Assembly: GCA_964366415.1 (NCBI GenBank)
Contig: CAYITG010000001.1
Coordinates: 583,663-647,662 of the forward strand
Length of the DNA: 64,000 nucleotides
Reading direction: 5' to 3'
From: Candidatus Woesearchaeota archaeon
GTDB taxonomy: Archaea; Nanobdellota; Nanobdellia; SCGC-AAA011-G17; UBA489
Positions 37,181-46,968 of this stretch are shown piece after piece; position 1 is the first letter of the stretch; each line of letters starts with the position of its first letter. The notes under the pieces were generated by a model. The model was not told the DNA's origin and ran no database searches. It worked only from the letters and a program-made list of their open reading frames with translations. The position numbers were made by a program, and so were the translations under genes.

Positions 37181-38106
37181 TTCTTCTTGAATTTTAGAAC
37201 GGTGTAATACATTTCTCCTACAGTAATCTTTATTTCATTTTCCATGTTCCATGAAGGAGCATTATTTTTGATGATATCTGGTTTATTTGTGATGATGGTA
37301 ACAGCTTCTTTGGCAATAAATTCTGCTTGATGGAAGAATTCCTTTACAAATTTTTCAGGTTCTTTGTCATGCTTCGAGAGCAGAATATTTGTGATGATAT
37401 GATGGATATCATTCTTTTTGAATAGTGTATCTAACCATGTTACTTCGTAACATTGCGGTGTTATTTTTGTTTTAGCATATTTGCAATTAATGACTGCATT
37501 GCGCACGTTATTTTTAATAGGGTCGATTGCATGAATCTTTTTTATGCCCAACATATGTGCTTCTACGGGAATGACACCATCTTTACATAAAGGATCGAGA
37601 ATAACATCTGTTTTTTTGGGATTTGCAATCATAATCACTGCAGTTGCAATGCATGAACTAATACTTTTATTGTTGAATTTAACACGGTATGGACGTCTGC
37701 ACAATTCTGTTTCTTTTACTATGCCGAATAAACAGTTATTATCAATAATATCAATAATCATCGTTTTTTGCGGTTCTTTGTAATCAATTGTAATTCCTTT
37801 TTCCCTTAGATATGTACCTATTTCTGTTGTTACATCTACGCTTTTGAAAGGATGTTCTCCTTTTCTATAACAACGAATTTCATATTTTACTTTTTTCTCG
37901 AGCTCTTTTGCGAGTTTTTCTGCTCCCTTGGTTATATCATTTAATGATGTGAATGTTATGTGATCTATTAGTTTGTAGATCATATTGATTGTTCGCACAT
38001 CTTTTTTTTCTTTTGTGAATGTTACTGTTTGAGGGAGTATTACTTTTCCTTTTACTTCTTTTGCAGCGATGCTCTCCATTCCACTCATTGTTTTTGCTAT
38101 GTACAT
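37174..38106 (-). CDS. THUMP-domain RNA methyltransferase-like protein (Trm14/Trm11-like)
   Basis: GMESIAAKEV, RKGEHPFKS, LCRRPYRV, LDPLCKDG. Confidence 0.8.
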   Translation of the reverse strand: MYIAKTMSGMESIAAKEVKGKVILPQTVTFTKEKKDVRTINMIYKLIDHITFTSLNDITKGAEKLAKELEKKVKYEIRCYRKGEHPFKSVDVTTEIGTYLREKGITIDYKEPQKTMIIDIIDNNCLFGIVKETELCRRPYRVKFNNKSISSCIATAVIMIANPKKTDVILDPLCKDGVIPVEAHMLGIKKIHAIDPIKNNVRNAVINCKYAKTKITPQCYEVTWLDTLFKKNDIHHIITNILLSKHDKEPEKFVKEFFHQAEFIAKEAVTIITNKPDIIKNNAPSWNMENEIKITVGEMYYTVLKFKKNQ

Positions 38107-38381
38107 TATTGCATCACCGTGAATGATGTAAACTCTTTTGTAGGTTTTTGTTCTTTTGCTTTTATATCTTCTACTATTGCAAATTTATGACCTTTCCTGC
38201 ATATTTGCAATAATGAATCTATCTTTTCTTTTTGACCTTCGAAGATTGCTTCTACTTCGCCAGAAGGAAGGTTCTTCACATACCCTTTAATTTCTAATTT
38301 ATCTGCATTTTCTTTTATGAAGGATCTAAAAAATACTCGTTGCACATGACCAGATATGATTACCAGCATTCGTTTTAACAT
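38106..38381 (-). CDS. acyP: acylphosphatase
   Basis: ISGHVQRVFFR, GYVKNL..GEVEA. Confidence 0.92.
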   Translation of the reverse strand: MLKRMLVIISGHVQRVFFRSFIKENADKLEIKGYVKNLPSGEVEAIFEGQKEKIDSLLQICRKGHKFAIVEDIKAKEQKPTKEFTSFTVMQ

Positions 38382-38439
38382 CTTTTTGCATAGGACTGCG
38401 TATGCTATATAAATTTATGTAAAAAAAGAAAAAAAGGGT

Positions 38440-38808
38440 TTACTTGACTAAGCCGTAAACCGCTCTAAATGACACGATCACTGCTGCTACACCGACAACG
38501 ACGATGAAGTTCGCAAGTGAAGCTTGAACAAATGTTCCTACCTTTGGAATGACCTTATCAATAGCTGTTAGATTTGCTACTGCAGTTGCCAAAATAAGCG
38601 CAATTGTTCCCATTAAAAATCCCGATACTTCTCCTGTTGTAATATTTTTGAAACCAATTAAGGCACCAATTACAATTAAGAGAAAGACGAGTATAGGGTT
38701 ATTGGCCCATGACATCTCCATCGCAGCACCAATACCCATAATGACTGCGAGAAGGATTCCAATACTCAGCACAAGTTTGCTCATTGTATTTCCATCTTTT
38801 TTTGCCAT
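38440..38808 (-). CDS. four-TM hypothetical membrane protein
   Basis: Hydrophobic ORF with GGAGG SD; NIT..E...FL motif. Confidence 0.75.
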   Translation of the reverse strand: MAKKDGNTMSKLVLSIGILLAVIMGIGAAMEMSWANNPILVFLLIVIGALIGFKNITTGEVSGFLMGTIALILATAVANLTAIDKVIPKVGTFVQASLANFIVVVGVAAVIVSFRAVYGLVK

Positions 38809-38887
38809 TCTTTATAACCTCCTTTCTTCTTTAAGATCTTTTTTCCTATATAAGTGTTTGTTCCTACCTTATTGTTACAGTAATTAT

Positions 38888-39868
38888 TCACACTTGGTCT
38901 GCAAGAATGATGTTATTCTTCGTTTCTACTATTTTGACATTCACCTTGTCATTGATATGGGCGGAACACTTGTTGATTGTTATGGCTCTGTTTTTGTAAG
39001 CAGCTATTTTTTGGTCTTTCATCCATCCCTCTGCCAAGATCCGAACATTTGCCCTCTCTCCAGGGTTGATGTCTGTTTTGATGGCAGTTGCTTTTCCTAC
39101 TTCTAAACTTTCTGCGTTGTAAATCAATCGCATATTGAATTCCCTTTCCCATTTCTTTAATTGTTCATAAAAACGGTAGAAATTGTGATGTTTTACTTCT
39201 TTCATCTTCCTGCTGTACTTGTATTCCTCATATTTTTGAATGGCAATTTTACAATTGAGATCTTTAGCAAACTGGATGATTTGTGGCATCTCTTTTTCGT
39301 TTACTCCTGGAAGATAGACTGGAGCGAGAAGCAGTTCCATCTTTGAGGCATTGATCCATCGCGCTACATCTTTGATATGCTCGATGTTGTACACGTTTGC
39401 ACCTGCTAGTTTCTTTGCTAATTCATCTGATATTGCATGTATAGAAAGATTTATTCTTTTGAGGCCTGCTTCTTCTAGTTCTTTTATCTTTTCTTTTGTT
39501 AGTAGTGTACCGTTTGTTTGCATGGAAATGAATAACACCTCTGGAACTGCACTGAGTTTTTTAATGAATGTTGTTAAGTACGGATATGTTGTTGGCTCTC
39601 CTACAGAATCAATATTGATATGTAATGGACCTTTGGTAGCAATGAGTTTTTGAATTTCCTGAACAAGATAATTTGGTTCTACCATGAAATGTGTTTTATG
39701 TGTTGTTGAATATGGGCCGCCGTCAGTTGAACAGAAAGGGCAACTGATATTACATATCGTGGTTGGACGTACCTGAATAAGATTAGAATTTCCTCTGCAT
39801 ACTATGCCAAAGGCAATATGGCCTATGAGGGGTATTCCTGATTCTTTTGTGATCGTGACTAGGGTCAT
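38888..39868 (-). CDS. archaeal radical SAM protein with C-terminal TRAM-like domain
   Basis: IPLIGHIAFGI, CNISCPFC, GEP, QTNG. Confidence 0.88.
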   Translation of the reverse strand: MTLVTITKESGIPLIGHIAFGIVCRGNSNLIQVRPTTICNISCPFCSTDGGPYSTTHKTHFMVEPNYLVQEIQKLIATKGPLHINIDSVGEPTTYPYLTTFIKKLSAVPEVLFISMQTNGTLLTKEKIKELEEAGLKRINLSIHAISDELAKKLAGANVYNIEHIKDVARWINASKMELLLAPVYLPGVNEKEMPQIIQFAKDLNCKIAIQKYEEYKYSRKMKEVKHHNFYRFYEQLKKWEREFNMRLIYNAESLEVGKATAIKTDINPGERANVRILAEGWMKDQKIAAYKNRAITINKCSAHINDKVNVKIVETKNNIILADQV

Positions 39869-39893
39869 AAATGTATATACTGAAGTATCTATT

Positions 39894-40853
39894 TTAAATC
39901 TTTTTATTTGGGCTTGGATAGGTATTTCTCTCCATAAAGACTGTATATGTCGTAGCTGCTAATCCTTTTTCTTTCTCTATCATTTCTTTGCTCGACATTG
40001 TTGCTGTTCCAAGGCAAATGCACTCTTCTTTTAATGTCATGATGGCTACTGTCTCTTGAGGACTGATATTTGCTGTTACTTTTGCGATACCTGGAACACC
40101 TAAAGAAGATCCATGACATAAGGTATTGACTGCAGAATCATGCACCCATATCTTTGGCATTTTTTCTAATGCAACTTCGAAAGGATGTATGATTTTTCTT
40201 AATTCTGTTTCATCTCCTTGTTTGTAATATTCGTATGCATCTTTTAGATCTTGCAATGAATGCCATGTTTTGTAGGTGAATGGGCCTGTCTTTGTACGAA
40301 TCAATTGCGTCATATGCGCACCAGTTTTAAGGTAGAGACCCATTTGATGGATTAATGTGCGGATGTATGTTCCGGCCTGACAAGATACTCTGAATAATAC
40401 TTCTTGACCTTGTATTTCTATAATGTCTAATTCATGAATTGTTCGTTCTCTTTCCTGACGCTTCACTGCACTTTTTCTTGGTGGTGTTTGCTTAATTTTT
40501 CCCTTGAACTGTTCGAATATTCTTCTTATTTCTTGTTCAGGAACTTGCTTGTGTATGTGCATCAATGCGATGTATTCCTTTGGTGATTTCAACAACATGC
40601 CTGCAACACGTGTTGCTTTTGCACATGCAAGGGGTAAGACTCCTGTTACGTTAGGATCTAGTGTTCCACTATGCCCTGCCTTGTTGACATTGAGTATTTT
40701 TTTTACATAATCTGCTACCTGATGCGATGTTGGCCCTTGCACTTTATTGATGTTGATCATGCCGTATTCGATCAACTGTTTCATGGGGCGCTTTTCCGGG
40801 CTGCATCCATACTTTGGATTTGTTTCTGAATCATGTTTTATGAGAATTTCCAT
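39894..40853 (-). CDS. cbf5: H/ACA pseudouridine synthase Cbf5
   Basis: GPTSHQV, GHSGTLDP, GTYIRTL, C-terminal PUA domain. Confidence 0.95.
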   Translation of the reverse strand: MEILIKHDSETNPKYGCSPEKRPMKQLIEYGMININKVQGPTSHQVADYVKKILNVNKAGHSGTLDPNVTGVLPLACAKATRVAGMLLKSPKEYIALMHIHKQVPEQEIRRIFEQFKGKIKQTPPRKSAVKRQERERTIHELDIIEIQGQEVLFRVSCQAGTYIRTLIHQMGLYLKTGAHMTQLIRTKTGPFTYKTWHSLQDLKDAYEYYKQGDETELRKIIHPFEVALEKMPKIWVHDSAVNTLCHGSSLGVPGIAKVTANISPQETVAIMTLKEECICLGTATMSSKEMIEKEKGLAATTYTVFMERNTYPSPNKKI

Positions 40854-40928
40854 GTGATTGCTTGTTCATTGTCTTCTTTTTAAAATCTTCCCATAACACT
40901 TATATACTGCAGCATCTATATTGCTTTT

Positions 40929-41387
40929 ATGGTCAATGAATATCTTCTTCAGAGAGATCGAGAACATGCACGCAAGAAAGCACGAGAAAGTCCTTTAGAA
41001 ACAACCGTGAGAAAAGGAATACAACCTTCATTACAACAGTTTGTTTTAACTTCTCCTGAAGCGCGTGAACATGCAACAACCTGCCAGAATTTTGGCATTG
41101 TTGACATACGTGAAGTAAGTCCTGTGCAGCTTACTCATACCTTTTCTTCTCCACAAGAACCCTCATCTCAAGAAGAACAACCTCCTTCTCATGTTTTAAG
41201 TTTTGAAGGAAAAGACTATGGCACTGGCAAAGGCGTTGCGATGGCATGCATGTGCGGGCAAACTCTTGTTGCTTCTGCTGATAGAACTTCTTTATATACA
41301 ATTCCTGGATCTTCCGATAGTCAACGTACGAATAGTCCTTTTTATGGAAGCAAGACTGGCTCTTCTTCGCCACGATCTTATGCCTAA
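40929..41387 (+). CDS. hypothetical protein
   Basis: 152-aa ORF with TATA TTATATA about 22 nt upstream. Confidence 0.55.
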   Translation: MVNEYLLQRDREHARKKARESPLETTVRKGIQPSLQQFVLTSPEAREHATTCQNFGIVDIREVSPVQLTHTFSSPQEPSSQEEQPPSHVLSFEGKDYGTGKGVAMACMCGQTLVASADRTSLYTIPGSSDSQRTNSPFYGSKTGSSSPRSYA

Positions 41388-41450
41388 GAAACGTTTAAAT
41401 ATTCCCTTTACGCCCTCTTCTTTGATTTTAACAACGAAAAGAGGAAATGG

Positions 41451-44400
41451 ATGCGGAAACAACACACTTCTTTACATCATCGAGAACTCACTCTTCTCCT
41501 TGTAATCCTTATTACATTATTTGCTATTTCTCTCTTTTCAACCTATCATTCTTCAGGTGCTTTTTTAGGATTTAAAATAGGGAGTGTTGATAAAGAAATA
41601 GACATTGCTACCCCCTTACCGGCTCCTCTCCCTGAAAAAAATATCGATACTACTGTTAAAGAACCTGTTACTCAAAAAACATTAACACATCTTGGCTTTG
41701 CTAGCCGCTTTACTCCTGCGGGAGAATTATCTGAAATCAGCAATTCTTATGGAAAAATTCACTTTGACCAGCCCATTTCTATTGCTTCTTTTTCTGCTGC
41801 TTATTTTCGTGATGTGGCACTTCGCCTTAATTACGCTTTTATTGATACGTCGAGCCCTCGCTTTCAGCTTTTTATCACCACCCCAGCAGAAATTACTCTT
41901 TATAACATTCCTTGGTTTCCTGGAATTAGTTCTTTTGTCAAGTATACCAATATCGGACAATCACTTCCGTGTCCAGAATGTGCTCTCGTTACTTATGATC
42001 TCACCTCTGTTACTTTTCATGTTCCTGGATTTAGCGGTTATGGTATAAACAATCCTTCTCCGCCTTCTCAATCTGATGTAGTTTTGAATGCTACTACTTC
42101 TTTTATTACTACACACGATGATTTGATGTGCAACTCCCTTAATGCTGTTGATCCTGATGGCGATCCCTTAGTTATGAATTACCAATTTGTTGTTGATGGT
42201 ACAAATTATACCTCTGTTGCAATGACTTTTGATATCAACACAAGTTCTTTAGCTGCTGATGCAGTCTATGATTTCAGTGGCAATAATCATTCTGGCACTT
42301 TAGGCAATCAGTTTGATATCCAAGCACCTTTGTGGGTTGGCATGAATGATGCCAAGAAAGGAGGAGCGTATCAGTTCGATGGCATTGATGACTTTATTCT
42401 TCTCCAGCCACGCACCTTTGTTTCTATCAATCAAGGAATGACTGTCGAGGCTTGGATTAAGCTAACTAATAATTATGATTATAGCGTTGTCTTTGCCGAT
42501 GGATTCTATAACACTGATGGATATTCCTTGGGAACGAATGATGGCACGGACTTAGCCTTCTTTGCACTCAAGAGCAATGGCATTCTTTACATGGTAACTT
42601 ATCCTTTTGCTGCACTTCCTCTTCACAGCTATCATCACCTTGTTGGAGTTCATGATGGAACACAACAAACTCTTTCTTTGTATATTGACGGAGTTTTAGT
42701 CAATCAAAGTGTTGGCCCTGGGCCTGCTGCAGGATCTGATAGCACGCTTGAACGCCCTTCTATTGGTGTTGATTGGTTACGCGATGTTTTGAATCGACAA
42801 CAAGAAAGTTATTTTGAAGGCACTATCGATGAATTACTCATTTTCAATCGTTCTTTATCGTCTGATGAAATTTATCAACATTCGCAATTACGTTATCACT
42901 TCATTGATGAACAAGAAACAACTCTTGGAGAAACTTGGAGTTGCATTGCTACTCCTACCGATGGTTATTATGTAGGTTATTCTAATCAAAGCAGTTCTCT
43001 TACTATTAGTTCTAATCAGATTCCTACTCACTCTTCCCCATATATTTCTACTTCCAGCGGACAAAATGTCACAAGCGATTCTTTATTCTGCCTTCCTCAG
43101 AATGTTGCCGATACTGAAGGATATCCTCTACGCAATGTTACTCGTTTTATTGTTCATGGCAATACTTCTGATGTTCTTTTCTTTCCTTTTGACAGAAGCG
43201 ACTTTTCTCATACTGAAGATTTCAGCGGCAATGGGCTTAATGGAACTGTCAGCGGCGCTTTTTTCCAAGAAACAAGCGGGCGTGTTCGGGGAGCGTATCA
43301 GTTCGATGGCATTGATGACTTTATTTCTGTTGCCGACTCTTCATTGCTTGACTTTGATACTTCTACAGATTTTAGCATTGAATTTTGGATGAAACCCCTC
43401 TTCATGGAAGATACTGTTCTTCTTACAAAAGGCGATACTTACGGCGAGCAAGGATATGGAATTTTTATGGCTGCAGCAGGAAACCTTATTTTCCGTTTAC
43501 GTGATTCTCAAGATATCTTTTCCTTTGTATCTTTGACACCCGTTCTCACTCCTAATTCTTATACTCATGTTGTTATTACTGTTGATCGCGACGGATCGGC
43601 AATCATGTACGCTGATGGACAAATTGTTGCTACTCGACCAGTTTTGGGCAGCAGTGGAAACATCATTGGTAATATTAGCACCGATTACCCCCTCATTTTC
43701 TCACCAGATATTTCTCCTCTTGCCTTAGTTTATCGCGGACTGTTTGATGAAGCACACATCTATAATTATATTCTTACTTCCTCACAAGTTCTTGCACATT
43801 ACGCTCTTCAAGAATATTATTTTGATCATTCTATGACCTCAAAAGGACAATCGATAGGGTGCGCTGTTACACCTCATGACTCTTTTGTTCGAGGTGTTCA
43901 GTTATTTTCAGACAATATCACTATCTTGAATTCTCCACCTACACACGCTAATCCTTCCCTCATTAGCACTAGTGGCCAAGCTCTCGACACTGATGATTTA
44001 ACGTGTCTCCAACAGAACAGCCAAGATTTAGATCAGGATCCTCTTCGTCAGATTTACACTTATGTTCTTAATGACCTTCCGATTACTGTTCTTTCTCTTC
44101 CTTTTGAACCTCATCCGGCAGCATCTGCCTCTGTCTTTGATTATAGTCTTTATGGAAATAATGGAACTGTCAATGGGGCCATCTATGACGCAACTGGTGG
44201 AAAATTAGGAGGAGCGTATCAGTTCGATGGCATTGATGACTTTATTGTTATTCCAGATGATCCTACTTTAGATCTTATTTATGACATCAGCATTGATCTC
44301 TGGGTTAAATTCTCTTCTCTTTCTGACCACATTCCTTTGCTAGTAAAAGATAGCAATGCCTTTGGTGTGAACGCTACTAATTATGGTCTTCGTACAGGAG

Positions 44401-45494
44401 GAGCTGCCACAGGAACTTCGGTGAATCAATTAGAATTTATTTTTGATACTCTTTCTGGAGAAAATGCCTATACTACCGCAACCGCGAATCTTCAGCCTAA
44501 CCAGTGGTATCATGTTGCTGTTGTTAAACCTTACCTCTCTTCACCTGAGATATATCTTAATGGCATTCTTCAAACTGGCCAGTGTACTCTTGGAAATTGC
44601 GTTCAAGATATTCTTGATAGTAATGCTCCTATTCGATTAGGAGATGCTGTTGTTGGAAATGCTCATCATTATCTTGCTGGAACACTTGATGAAGTACATG
44701 TGTATGATCTTCCATTAACTTCTCTTCAAATTAATGAATATCTTTCCTTGAATTATCAACACCTCACAGAAGATATGACTCTTCCCGGAGACCAGTGGTA
44801 TTGTGCAGTGACCCCCCACGATACTGAATCAGACGGGTTGACAAAGTTTTCTCCCACATTAGACATTCTTGACTCAGGAAATAGCAGTACTAATTTTGGT
44901 GGTGGATCAGGATCTCCTTATCAATATGCTTTTGATTGGTATGTTGATGAAGAACCTTCAGTTACGTACACTCTCCAAACTACATGGGAAATCAATATTC
45001 ATAATGTACAACCCCAACCCTTTTACCCTCTTGTCTATGAACTCACTTTTGTCACTTCTGATTACCATAATGGTAAGGTTCACCTTATGATTGCGCCAGG
45101 AGTTGGACCCACTGCCGTCTATGAAGATGCTCCTATCTACGTTGATCTCAATGAAGATGGACAAGACGATATTTCTATTGAAGCTTATGGTCTAGGTTAC
45201 CAAACTGCTACATTTACTCTTACTTCCTTAGCTCAAGAAGAACTAGAAGATATGCCTATAAATGTGCCAACTCATGATCAGGAATCTACGCCTGTTATCC
45301 AAGCACCGCAAGAACAACAACCTTTAGAAGAGCCTGCGCTTGAAATGCCTTCGGCACCTTTGATAAGCAATACCTGGTGGAAGAGCAATCTTGACTTTAG
45401 GGGCCTTCCTTATAGAAGTTTAATTATATCTTTTTTAGTGATACTTATTCTTGTAACATTTAATCGATTGATGAAAAAAGTCAAAACAGGATAA
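41451..45494 (+). CDS. large surface protein with three LamG (concanavalin A-like) modules and C-terminal TM
   Basis: Three D.SG..N.GT / GAYQFDGIDDFI / G..DE..I modules of about 308 aa; N- and C-terminal TMs. Confidence 0.88.
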   Translation: MRKQHTSLHHRELTLLLVILITLFAISLFSTYHSSGAFLGFKIGSVDKEIDIATPLPAPLPEKNIDTTVKEPVTQKTLTHLGFASRFTPAGELSEISNSYGKIHFDQPISIASFSAAYFRDVALRLNYAFIDTSSPRFQLFITTPAEITLYNIPWFPGISSFVKYTNIGQSLPCPECALVTYDLTSVTFHVPGFSGYGINNPSPPSQSDVVLNATTSFITTHDDLMCNSLNAVDPDGDPLVMNYQFVVDGTNYTSVAMTFDINTSSLAADAVYDFSGNNHSGTLGNQFDIQAPLWVGMNDAKKGGAYQFDGIDDFILLQPRTFVSINQGMTVEAWIKLTNNYDYSVVFADGFYNTDGYSLGTNDGTDLAFFALKSNGILYMVTYPFAALPLHSYHHLVGVHDGTQQTLSLYIDGVLVNQSVGPGPAAGSDSTLERPSIGVDWLRDVLNRQQESYFEGTIDELLIFNRSLSSDEIYQHSQLRYHFIDEQETTLGETWSCIATPTDGYYVGYSNQSSSLTISSNQIPTHSSPYISTSSGQNVTSDSLFCLPQNVADTEGYPLRNVTRFIVHGNTSDVLFFPFDRSDFSHTEDFSGNGLNGTVSGAFFQETSGRVRGAYQFDGIDDFISVADSSLLDFDTSTDFSIEFWMKPLFMEDTVLLTKGDTYGEQGYGIFMAAAGNLIFRLRDSQDIFSFVSLTPVLTPNSYTHVVITVDRDGSAIMYADGQIVATRPVLGSSGNIIGNISTDYPLIFSPDISPLALVYRGLFDEAHIYNYILTSSQVLAHYALQEYYFDHSMTSKGQSIGCAVTPHDSFVRGVQLFSDNITILNSPPTHANPSLISTSGQALDTDDLTCLQQNSQDLDQDPLRQIYTYVLNDLPITVLSLPFEPHPAASASVFDYSLYGNNGTVNGAIYDATGGKLGGAYQFDGIDDFIVIPDDPTLDLIYDISIDLWVKFSSLSDHIPLLVKDSNAFGVNATNYGLRTGGAATGTSVNQLEFIFDTLSGENAYTTATANLQPNQWYHVAVVKPYLSSPEIYLNGILQTGQCTLGNCVQDILDSNAPIRLGDAVVGNAHHYLAGTLDEVHVYDLPLTSLQINEYLSLNYQHLTEDMTLPGDQWYCAVTPHDTESDGLTKFSPTLDILDSGNSSTNFGGGSGSPYQYAFDWYVDEEPSVTYTLQTTWEINIHNVQPQPFYPLVYELTFVTSDYHNGKVHLMIAPGVGPTAVYEDAPIYVDLNEDGQDDISIEAYGLGYQTATFTLTSLAQEELEDMPINVPTHDQESTPVIQAPQEQQPLEEPALEMPSAPLISNTWWKSNLDFRGLPYRSLIISFLVILILVTFNRLMKKVKTG
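42363..42398 (+). repeat. 36-bp perfect direct repeat, copy 1
   Basis: GGAGCGTATCAGTTCGATGGCATTGATGACTTTATT. Confidence 0.95.
43290..43325 (+). repeat. 36-bp perfect direct repeat, copy 2
   Basis: Identical to copy 1, 927 bp downstream. Confidence 0.95.
44211..44246 (+). repeat. 36-bp perfect direct repeat, copy 3
   Basis: Identical to copy 2, 921 bp downstream. Confidence 0.95.
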
Positions 45495-45995
45495 TTACTT
45501 TTTCTTTTCGTGTTTTGGCTTTTGTGTTTTAGAAAATACTCCCGCTTTGTGTGTGCGTTCACCAGCTTTCTTTCCTCGCGGAGTAAACTCTGGTGGAGCA
45601 CTCTTTTCTTCGTGTTGTTCTGGAGGATGTTTCATTACTTCTTCTTTTGTTTCTTCTTTCTTTTGTGTAACTTCCTCTTTTTTCTCAACACTTGTTTCTT
45701 TTGTTTTTGCTTTCTTTTTTTCCTCTTCTTTCATTACTGGAGCATCTATCGTATCTGCAATAAGCTGATCTTTGAATTTGTATACTTTTACTTTTACGTG
45801 CACTGGAGGATTATGTTTTCCCCGTTCATGCAAATGGTTATTGAGCTCTTGACCAATAAGAACATCTGGATTCTTGAAATGGCGTATTAAATATTCGCGC
45901 ATTGCCCGGACTGCTTTTCTTGTGCGCATGTAACGAGGCACTTTCAGTATCTCTTTCCTCAATGGGACAATGCAAATTGTTTCTTGTTCTGCCAT
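45495..45995 (-). CDS. rpl31e: 50S ribosomal protein L31e with charged C-terminal extension
   Basis: IVPLR...PRYMRTRKAV...LNNHLHERG..NPP; follows rpl39e. Confidence 0.9.
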   Translation of the reverse strand: MAEQETICIVPLRKEILKVPRYMRTRKAVRAMREYLIRHFKNPDVLIGQELNNHLHERGKHNPPVHVKVKVYKFKDQLIADTIDAPVMKEEEKKKAKTKETSVEKKEEVTQKKEETKEEVMKHPPEQHEEKSAPPEFTPRGKKAGERTHKAGVFSKTQKPKHEKKK

Positions 45996-46002
45996 CTTTC
46001 AC

Positions 46003-46176
46003 TCACATTTTTGCTTTTGTTCTTTTCCAGGAACGCTTTACAGCTGTATGGCGTCCAGGATGCACTCTTCTGCCAGGGCCATATATTTTAGGAACTGTCC
46101 AGAATGGAGCCCATTTTCCCTGTCGACCGCGTTTTGCCATACGCTTTTTCTTCGCTACTGTTTTGAGTCTTGCCAT
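46003..46176 (-). CDS. rpl39e: 50S ribosomal protein L39e
   Basis: Manual translation (57 aa): MARLKTVAKKKRMAK...APFW...KRSWKRTK; canonical position. Confidence 0.88.
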   Translation of the reverse strand: MARLKTVAKKKRMAKRGRQGKWAPFWTVPKIYGPGRRVHPGRHTAVKRSWKRTKAKM

Positions 46177-46177
46177 G

Positions 46178-46462
46178 TTATCTTATATTTATTCTTGTTT
46201 TTTGTTTTGGTTGTTGAAGCCTTATCAAGATCGCCTTGAATTCTTCATCAGATAATTTTTTTGTGATTTGTTTTGCCTGAATCAGCTGCGCCAAAACTAT
46301 CAAGGCCTGCATCGCCTTATCGGTGTGGGCTGCCTTCAATGTGCCGTATCTTGTGATAGCCTCCTTCGACAAATGTGCTTTTACTGTTACTTCCAAAGCC
46401 TCAACTTGCTTGAGCAGTTGCTTCTGCTGGTTGAGCTCGTCCTGATTTTGATCTTGATTCAT
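46178..46462 (-). CDS. PDCD5-like DNA-binding protein
   Basis: LSKEAITRYGTLK, LSDEEFKAIL; between rps19e and rpl39e. Confidence 0.85.
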   Translation of the reverse strand: MNQDQNQDELNQQKQLLKQVEALEVTVKAHLSKEAITRYGTLKAAHTDKAMQALIVLAQLIQAKQITKKLSDEEFKAILIRLQQPKQKTRINIR

Positions 46463-46871
46463 TTTTTAGTACAATCTTATCCATGAAGCTTTTTCCTTTT
46501 GGTGTGATCACACGACCAAGGTGTGCTCCTTTTTTTTCTTTTTTAATGTATCCTGCTTTTTCCAATTGCTGCAAGATAGAGCGAATTATTTTTCCAGCAC
46601 CCTTTCTGAATTGTTCTCGCGCATGTCCTCTGTTTTTCTTTGTACCATATAACATGCGAAGTTTGTTTGTTCCGATTGGACCGCGCACATATACTTTTCT
46701 GAGAATAGATGCAGCTCTCTTGTAATACCAACTTGAATCTTCAGGCGGGTTTTCTTTTCCACTTGATGTTTTCACAAAATTAGCCCATTGTGGAACTTTA
46801 ATATCATTTTTTAGCAATTCTGATGCCTTTTCAATGGCTTCCGATGGCTTGATATCATATAATGTTGGCAT
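46401..46871 (-). CDS. rps19e: 30S ribosomal protein S19e
   Basis: PQWANFVKT, WYYKRAASILRK, ILQQLEKAG, GRVITPKG. Confidence 0.95.
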   Translation of the reverse strand: MPTLYDIKPSEAIEKASELLKNDIKVPQWANFVKTSSGKENPPEDSSWYYKRAASILRKVYVRGPIGTNKLRMLYGTKKNRGHAREQFRKGAGKIIRSILQQLEKAGYIKKEKKGAHLGRVITPKGKSFMDKIVLKNESRSKSGRAQPAEATAQAS

Positions 46872-46968
46872 TCTTATGACTTGCTGATGTGCATTTAAAA
46901 AGGTATCGCATTCTGCCTTAAACTCTCTTTTAACCGTTTTTAGAACAAATTCTTATAGGTATTTTCCT

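Noticed and set aside
42363-44246. 36-bp repeats as a CRISPR array
   Set aside because: Spacing is over 900 bp, the repeats are in frame inside a CDS, and no cas operon is present
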